Shown one piece after another: positions 37,572 to 42,575 of a stretch of 42,575 nt of DNA (position 1 is its first letter; each line of letters starts with the position of its first letter). Source of the DNA: a virus (taxonomy: Duplodnaviria; Heunggongvirae; Uroviricota; Caudoviricetes); IMG/VR virus record IMGVR_UViG_3300035670_000071, one strand, 5' to 3'. A program made the translations under genes and the position numbers. The notes beneath the pieces were generated by a model that ran no database searches, was not told the origin of the DNA, and saw nothing but the letters and a program-made list of their open reading frames with translations.

Positions 37572-38710
37572 TGAAACATATAATTTATATTTTATGCTTT
37601 TTGATATTGGTGACGGGTTGCACTCAATCCCCCGACAGTATTATTAAACCCCCAACAATTAATGATTCTAATGGGGGGTTGACGCAGCCTGTTATGAATG
37701 AAACTTATGTTCCTATTGAATCTGATTTTGAAAATACTCCTGTCGATGTAGTATATACTTGGGTATATAGAAGTAAGAATCATTCGGTCAATGTCACACT
37801 TTTTGAGGAAGAGTTCCAATACTTCGCTGGGCTTAATAGAACAGGTAATGATAGACAGGTAGAGTTCTTTGTTCCGTTCATTCATCACGAATGGCAGCAG
37901 GATACAATAGAAGACATTGTAGAAGACTTAAAGGCCTACGGGTATGATGAGCAGGAGACTGTAAGGTTGGCCATCTCAATGCTTCAGAAGATGCCTTACA
38001 ACAATACATATGATAGATGGACTTATGCCTACGAAACAATGTATGCTAAGAGTGGTGTGTGTTCAGATAAGACATTCCTTGCTGTAGCTATAATTGATGA
38101 GCTTGGGTATGATACAGTTATCTTTGATTATGAGACAGCAAATCATATGGCTATAGGAATCAAGTGTCAAAAGCAATATGCTTATTGGGAAGATTATTGC
38201 TTTGTGGATGTCACAACACCACACTCATTTATTACGTATGATAATGTTACTTCAGCTACAGGGGAAACACTTGGAGAACCAGATAGAGTATTTGATGCAT
38301 CAACAGGAACTAAGAGCTTTGATGTATCTTGGGATTACTTCCAGGACCAGAAGTTGGGTCGCTATATAGAGTCACAAGTTAACCACACAGATTGGCTTAC
38401 TGCAGTTAGGGATGAGCTTGACTTGGCACTCAAGGACCTGAATGAATATAGAGAGGAGATAGGAAGAATCAACTATCCATCTAAGGCGGCGGCTGAAGCA
38501 GACAAGAAGAACTATTACGAGTATCAGGCTGAATACTATAGGGTCGAGGCATTGTGGGATAGCGTCTATAGTGAGTGGGTAGATGAGACCAGGTGGCTCA
38601 TAGCATATGAACGTGAGTATGGAGTTGACTTAGGTATACTCAAGTATATAGGAGCCGACAGAAGATATGACCTTACATCTACATCCAGTGTGTCTATCAT
38701 TGTTGAATAA
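37568..38710 (+). CDS. Lipoprotein with transglutaminase-like (papain-fold) domain
   Basis: Lipobox LVTGC; putative triad GVCSDK (Cys), NHMAIG (His), FVDVT (Asp); coiled-coil C-terminal half. Confidence 0.8.
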   Translation: MMKHIIYILCFLILVTGCTQSPDSIIKPPTINDSNGGLTQPVMNETYVPIESDFENTPVDVVYTWVYRSKNHSVNVTLFEEEFQYFAGLNRTGNDRQVEFFVPFIHHEWQQDTIEDIVEDLKAYGYDEQETVRLAISMLQKMPYNNTYDRWTYAYETMYAKSGVCSDKTFLAVAIIDELGYDTVIFDYETANHMAIGIKCQKQYAYWEDYCFVDVTTPHSFITYDNVTSATGETLGEPDRVFDASTGTKSFDVSWDYFQDQKLGRYIESQVNHTDWLTAVRDELDLALKDLNEYREEIGRINYPSKAAAEADKKNYYEYQAEYYRVEALWDSVYSEWVDETRWLIAYEREYGVDLGILKYIGADRRYDLTSTSSVSIIVE

Positions 38711-38926
38711 CATTGATGCGGATGAATATTATCAATGAGTGGCCATAAGAGTTAACACAAGTCGGGTCGAGCATACAGCATTTGATTTAGATTTTTAATT
38801 TCAAATTCTTTATTATTTTTTTGATAGAAGCGAGGGTTCTTCTTTAGGTGGGGGATGTATTCTGGTGTTGTGTAGAGCGTCGAAAGTGTGGCTTTTAGAT
38901 TTTCTTCTCCGTCGACAAACACATTA

Positions 38927-39028
38927 CTCAGGTATACCTGGCAAAATAAGTATACTTTTTTTCTCAGGTATACCTGGCGAGATAAGTATACTTATTTAGA
39001 AAAGTATACCTGGGGGTTTAGGTATACT
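38927..39028. repeat. Six GTATAC-centred palindromes at exact 18-bp spacing
   Basis: GTATAC starts at 38932, 38950, 38968, 38986, 39004 and 39022. Confidence 0.95.
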
Positions 39029-39253
39029 AAAGATGGAATTGCAAGTTTCTATAACTATTAAACACTAAGGAGTTTCATCATTCTGGTTGCCGAATGGGAG
39101 GATAAAATAGCTCTTTCTTTCTAATTTTAAATTACTTTGATTACACTCATTTTTCTGGCTGGGGAAAAAGGTCCTTGAGCAAAAACAATGGCGGTCCGTT
39201 GGGTTGGGGGTAGCCAAAATAGGGGGGACGGTGGGGGGTCATTTTGGGTCCAG

Positions 39254-39275
39254 AGAAAAAAAAATTTTTTTTTCT
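39254..39275. repeat. Perfect 22-bp palindrome AG-A9-T9-CT
   Basis: Read directly. Confidence 0.85.
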
Positions 39276-39311
39276 GGCTCCAGGTCCTCCCTCCCAGGGT
39301 TGCATTTGAAT

Positions 39312-39525
39312 TGCAATTTGAATTTCAAATGCAATTGAATTGCAATGTGCAATTCAATTAGGACAGGTGCAATTCAATAGGGGTATAGGTGCAATTCGGG
39401 GCTTTTGCAATTAAATTGCAATTCGTTTGCTTAAGCTTAAAATTGGTGCAATTCGTCGACGTGGTGCGGTAATTGGTGCAATTCAATTTAAACGGCAATT
39501 TAGCCAAAATTAAGCGGTGCAATTC
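39312..39525 (+). repeat. Array of 11 TGCAAT(T) motifs, five as GGTGCAATTC
   Basis: TGCAAT at 39312, 39330, 39341, 39348, 39368, 39390, 39406, 39417, 39447, 39477, 39518 (and 39872). Confidence 0.9.
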
Positions 39526-39585
39526 AAACGTAATATATAGGGCAAAAGAACCGCTTAATATTGGCTAAATCAAAACGGCAACGGC

Positions 39586-39765
39586 ACGGGACACGAAAAC
39601 AACGGGACGGGCTTTATTTTGGGACACGGGACGGGACGACGGGACGGGACACGGGACAACGGGACGGGACACGGGACAACGGGACACGGGACGGGACGAC
39701 GGGACGGGACACGGGACAACGGGACACGAAACGGGACAACGGGACACGGGACAACGGCACGGGCT
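39586..39765 (+). repeat. GGGAC-based satellite with 20-bp higher-order units
   Basis: 21 GGGAC copies; 20-mer blocks from 39621 in the order A B B A B C D. Confidence 0.95.
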
Positions 39766-39990
39766 TTTAACTACTTTATAGTGGTGCGATTTATTTATAT
39801 ATTCACGTCGATTTATACCTTTAGAAACGGCGATTTATCGACGTGGTGCGGTGACGTGGTGCGGTGCTTTATGCAATTAGTAACCACTTAATAGTAATAG
39901 ATTTATAAAAAATGGCTATTTGAACCGCCGACACGAAAATTTAAAAGCTTAAAAGTTTTAATCATTTCTTAAAAATTTAAATTTCAAAAT

Positions 39991-40059
39991 CGAAACATTT
40001 ATATATAAGTATACTATACCCATTAGTATAGTTAAACAATAGCGAGGGGCTACAAAAAA
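39991..40059 (+). promoter_or_regulatory. Early-type promoter cassette
   Basis: CGAAACATTTATATATAAGTATACTATACCCATTAGTATAGTTAA, then SD AGCGAGGGG. Confidence 0.85.
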
Positions 40060-40404
40060 ATGAACTACAAAACATTTAAACAAAACTTTGAGGCGAATAG
40101 CGACGGGGCGACGTTTCATTTAAACGGCAATTTAGCCAAAAATAAAACGGGCTTCTATTGTAGTATAACCAATAACAAATTTAAGGGCTTAAGCTTTCGG
40201 GCTTTTCAAAAAGTCTTTAATCAGGCGACGGCTATAAAAAGCCGTAAAGCATATATAGGGTATTGGTGCGACAAAAACACGGGCTTATATTATATAGACG
40301 TTACCTTTAGATTTTTGAAAATCGAAACGGCAACGGCGACGGCACGGGCTTTTAATCAGTTGGCTATTTTTGATATAGCCAATTTAAGCGAGGTGCGAAT
40401 ATGA
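40060..40404 (+). CDS. Small early protein; G.W.D...Y.DV...A...NQ.AIFD phage family, possibly SAM-lyase-like fold
   Basis: First gene after the non-coding hub. The motif family is recognised from memory; the functional guess is speculative. Confidence 0.6.
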   Translation: MNYKTFKQNFEANSDGATFHLNGNLAKNKTGFYCSITNNKFKGLSFRAFQKVFNQATAIKSRKAYIGYWCDKNTGLYYIDVTFRFLKIETATATARAFNQLAIFDIANLSEVRI

Positions 40405-40547
40405 ACCACGAAAAAATTTTTATTCTCAATAGCGACGGCGATTTTAAAAAAGCCGAAAGATATAAAGCCACGTTGGAAAATCGAGGGCTTAAAGTTGCCG
40501 TCACTACTTACGGGCTTAACGGCGTAAAAATCACGGGGGCAAACTAA
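40401..40547 (+). CDS. Small early protein (48 aa, MNHEKIFILNSDGDF...GAN)
   Basis: Not in track. SD GCGAGGTG, ATGA overlap. Confidence 0.7.
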   Translation: MNHEKIFILNSDGDFKKAERYKATLENRGLKVAVTTYGLNGVKITGAN

Positions 40548-40636
40548 AAACGAAACATTTATATATAAGTATACTATACCCATTAGTATAGTTAACTTAA
40601 TTCAGACGACAAAAACAAAATAGCGAGGTGCTACAA
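40535..40636 (+). repeat. 102-bp exact direct repeat, copy 1 (end of upstream CDS + promoter + operator + SD)
   Basis: Identical to 41310-41411. Confidence 0.95.
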
Positions 40637-40637
40637 T

Positions 40638-41084
40638 ATGGCAAAAGATAAAAAGGCGGTATTAACCGCATATATAGACGGGCTTAAGTTTTCACTTAAG
40701 GATATTCAAAAGACACGGGCAAAACACGGCGATTATAAGGACGAGCAATTTAAAGAACTTATAGCCGACAACAGCGAGGAAATAGCCGAACATTTAGCCG
40801 AACTTAAGGGCGACGTTTTGGCTTCTCTCAATAGTGGCACGTCGTTTTATAAGGATTTGAATTTGACGAGCAAAAGCGATATAAGGAATTTTAAGACTTT
40901 TGTCAATTCAAAGACGAGGGAACTGAACACGGCTTTTATAAAAGGGCTTTGCGACAGCGACGAGAACGACAACACTATAAACCATTTTGCGATTAAATTC
41001 TATTTGCAATATTACGACGACGTTAATAAGATTATGCACGACGTAATTAAGGCACGTTTTGAGGACGTGACGGGGGGCGATTAA
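40638..41084 (+). CDS. Early hypothetical protein (148 aa, helical)
   Basis: Directly after the promoter cassette SD. Confidence 0.75.
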   Translation: MAKDKKAVLTAYIDGLKFSLKDIQKTRAKHGDYKDEQFKELIADNSEEIAEHLAELKGDVLASLNSGTSFYKDLNLTSKSDIRNFKTFVNSKTRELNTAFIKGLCDSDENDNTINHFAIKFYLQYYDDVNKIMHDVIKARFEDVTGGD

Positions 41085-41085
41085 A

Positions 41086-41322
41086 ATGATTTCAAAGCGA
41101 TATTATCAGGAACTTTTAAGCGACACAGCAGGGACACGGGACAGAACCAAAACCGAAACCAATTTATTTAGCTATATTATAGACAGCGAGATAAACGGCA
41201 ATTTTTCGCAGGTGCGGGACTTTGTGAACCGCTTAAGCCAAAAGCAATATAACAGCTTTTTGGTATTTTTGCAGGACAACGGGACGGCTATAAAGCCGTG
41301 CTTTTTCAGGGGGGCAAACTAA
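41086..41322 (+). CDS. Early hypothetical protein (78 aa)
   Basis: SD GGGGGG; ends inside repeat copy 2. Confidence 0.7.
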   Translation: MISKRYYQELLSDTAGTRDRTKTETNLFSYIIDSEINGNFSQVRDFVNRLSQKQYNSFLVFLQDNGTAIKPCFFRGAN

Positions 41323-41411
41323 AAACGAAACATTTATATATAAGTATACTATACCCATTAGTATAGTTAACTTAATTCAGACGACAAAAACAAAATAGCG
41401 AGGTGCTACAA
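41310..41411 (+). repeat. 102-bp exact direct repeat, copy 2
   Basis: Identical to 40535-40636. Confidence 0.95.
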
Positions 41412-41412
41412 A

Positions 41413-42024
41413 ATGGAAAAAATCAAAGAATACAAAAACAAAAAGGACGGGAGAATTTTCAGAATTTTAAGCGACGAGTGTCCCGAAAGCCCGAGAGAGT
41501 GGGACAATTTCGGCGTAATGATTTGCAGACACAGAAACTATATTTTAGGCGACGAGCAATTAAGCCGAGATTTCGAGGGCAGTTTCGAGGATTTGAAAGA
41601 CCACTTAATTAAGGAACGTGGGGCAGTTGTTATATTGCCGTTGAGGTTATACGACCATTCAGGTATATCGATTTCTGTAAGTAGCGAATACCCGTATAAT
41701 TGCCGTTGGGACAGCAGTAAAGTGGGCTATATTTTTGCGACGGCAGAAGCCATAAAAAAGGAATTTTCAGTTAAGAAAATCACGGCAAAGCTAAAGGCAA
41801 AAGTTGAGGCAATTCTAAAGCAGGAAGTTGAAACTTACGACCAATACTTAAGGGGCGAGGTATACGGCTTTGAAGTTGTGACTACAAAGACGTGCAATTT
41901 AGGACACAGCCACGAGGAACAGCTTAATAGTTGTTTTGGTTTTTTCGGGAGTGATTTCAAAGAAAGCGGACTATACGACCACGCCGACGTGGGCGATTTA
42001 TCCGAGTGGGACGAGGTGCAATAA
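41413..42024 (+). CDS. Conserved mobile-element protein with SPREWDN / YDHSG / WDS..VG / YL.GEVYG motifs; function unknown
   Basis: Motif set recalled from uncharacterised phage/plasmid proteins; first gene of its cassette. Confidence 0.7.
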   Translation: MEKIKEYKNKKDGRIFRILSDECPESPREWDNFGVMICRHRNYILGDEQLSRDFEGSFEDLKDHLIKERGAVVILPLRLYDHSGISISVSSEYPYNCRWDSSKVGYIFATAEAIKKEFSVKKITAKLKAKVEAILKQEVETYDQYLRGEVYGFEVVTTKTCNLGHSHEEQLNSCFGFFGSDFKESGLYDHADVGDLSEWDEVQ

Positions 42025-42025
42025 A

Positions 42026-42331
42026 ATGGCAGATTTCAGAATATCCGAAATTGAGAACGCCGAGAAAGACCACGACCACGTTTATAAATTTCATATTGTT
42101 GTGAGTGGCACGGCAAACAAAAGCAAACACTTAAGCATAACCGACGAGGAACTTAACAAAATTAAGGCGGTATTGACCGAGCAGAACGGCGAGAAATTCA
42201 GGACGCTTAAAAATCTCAATTCCAAAATTCGAGATTTTGAAATGGACAACCTTAAGCCGTATAATTACGCCGAGCTAATTAACGAGCTAATTGCTTTCAA
42301 ACAACACGCAGAGCAGGGGGGCAGGTGCTAA
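42026..42331 (+). CDS. Early hypothetical protein (101 aa)
   Basis: Start moved to ATG 42026 (SD GAGGTG). Confidence 0.7.
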   Translation: MADFRISEIENAEKDHDHVYKFHIVVSGTANKSKHLSITDEELNKIKAVLTEQNGEKFRTLKNLNSKIRDFEMDNLKPYNYAELINELIAFKQHAEQGGRC

Positions 42332-42333
42332 AA

Positions 42334-42471
42334 ATGGCGACCAAAACCCGAGAGCAGACAGCAGACAGCAACGGCTTTTATTATTGCCGTTGCGGTATTT
42401 GTGGGCTTAAGACAAAGACACAAAAGAACACGGCAAACGAGGGAGTTTGTTATAGTTGCAGGTGCATATAA
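42334..42471 (+). CDS. Small Cys-rich zinc-finger-like protein (45 aa)
   Basis: Not in track. SD GCAGGTG; CxCxxC...CxxCxC. Confidence 0.6.
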   Translation: MATKTREQTADSNGFYYCRCGICGLKTKTQKNTANEGVCYSCRCI

Positions 42472-42575
42472 TGAAAGACAAAGCTATAATTAAAAAGTGC
42501 GACGGCGAGGCACACAGCAACCCGTTTATAGATAATTGCGGTATTTGTATGCCGTTTTGGGAGTATTACCCGATT
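42471..42575 (+). CDS. 3'-partial small Cys/His protein (MKDKAIIKKCDGEAHSNPFIDNCGICMPFW...)
   Basis: TAATG overlap, SD AGGTG; runs off the right edge. Confidence 0.55.
   Translation, partial: MKDKAIIKKCDGEAHSNPFIDNCGICMPFWEYYPI

Noticed and set aside
38927-39028. 18/36-bp periodic array as a TIGR-type guide RNA array
   Set aside because: The 36-bp period is suggestive, but the conserved parts are DNA palindromes, there are under three units, the spacers are low-complexity or similar to each other, and no Nop-domain (Tas) protein was recognised nearby.
39230-39320. Assembly chimera joining two unrelated genomes at the compositional shift
   Set aside because: The identical promoter/operator (36869 vs 39991, 40552, 41327) and SD (AGCGAGGTGCTAC) occur on both sides, arguing for one element. 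Long reads would settle it.
39561-39891. ORFs 39561-39770 (+), 39565-39747 (-) and 39619-39891 (+)
   Set aside because: They are translations of the GGGAC satellite with no SD or promoter; open frames arise because the repeat lacks stop codons.
38711-40059. tRNA or other structured ncRNA genes in the long non-coding regions (also 11.8-12.4 kb)
   Set aside because: No cloverleaf, TTC T-loop or CCA arrangement was seen by eye; tRNAscan/Infernal would be needed to exclude them fully.
39991-41411. Repeated ~45-100 bp elements as a CRISPR array
   Set aside because: The repeats are hundreds of bp apart, separated by full genes, and consist of BRE-TATA-SD promoter sequence. No cas genes.
1-42575. 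Integrase, transposase or att sites (provirus or IS)
   Set aside because: No tyrosine/serine recombinase or transposase motifs were recognised, and there are no host housekeeping flanks in the window.

Overview
This window looks like 42.6 kb of an archaeal virus or virus-like extrachromosomal element. The archaeal call rests on BRE/TATA promoters, GGAGG/GAGGTG ribosome-binding sites and an archaeal-type replisome. A cold-shock protein and an MNKKGQ-type signal peptide weakly suggest a DPANN host such as Woese-/Pacearchaeota. Layout: (1) 1-11.8 kb, minus strand: putative morphogenesis block with a giant >1580-aa ORF that the ORF track misses because it runs off the left edge, membrane proteins, an FtsK/HerA/A32-like ATPase, an SF2 helicase and an HNH nuclease. 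(2) 11.8-12.4 kb: divergent intergenic region packed with TTGTAA/TTACAA repeats, a candidate origin. (3) 12.5-38.7 kb, plus strand: RHH regulators, MCM, DEDDh exonuclease, AEP primase, a 1134-aa multi-enzyme protein (2x ParB-like, kinase, 2x ART-like, nucleotidyltransferase), putative SSB, nuclease-UvsW helicase fusion, PCNA, RFC plus gp62-like loader, cluster-less QueE-like protein, CSP, PolB, RuvC-like resolvase, many small membrane proteins and a transglutaminase-like lipoprotein. (4) 38.7-40.0 kb: non-coding hub with several distinct repeat arrays, G-tracts and a perfect palindrome. (5) 40.0-42.6 kb: small early-type genes driven by near-identical promoter cassettes, in DNA apparently purged of extra restriction-like motifs. 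I could not recognise a capsid, portal, terminase, integrase, tRNA or CRISPR array. All protein assignments come from reading motifs by eye, with no database search.
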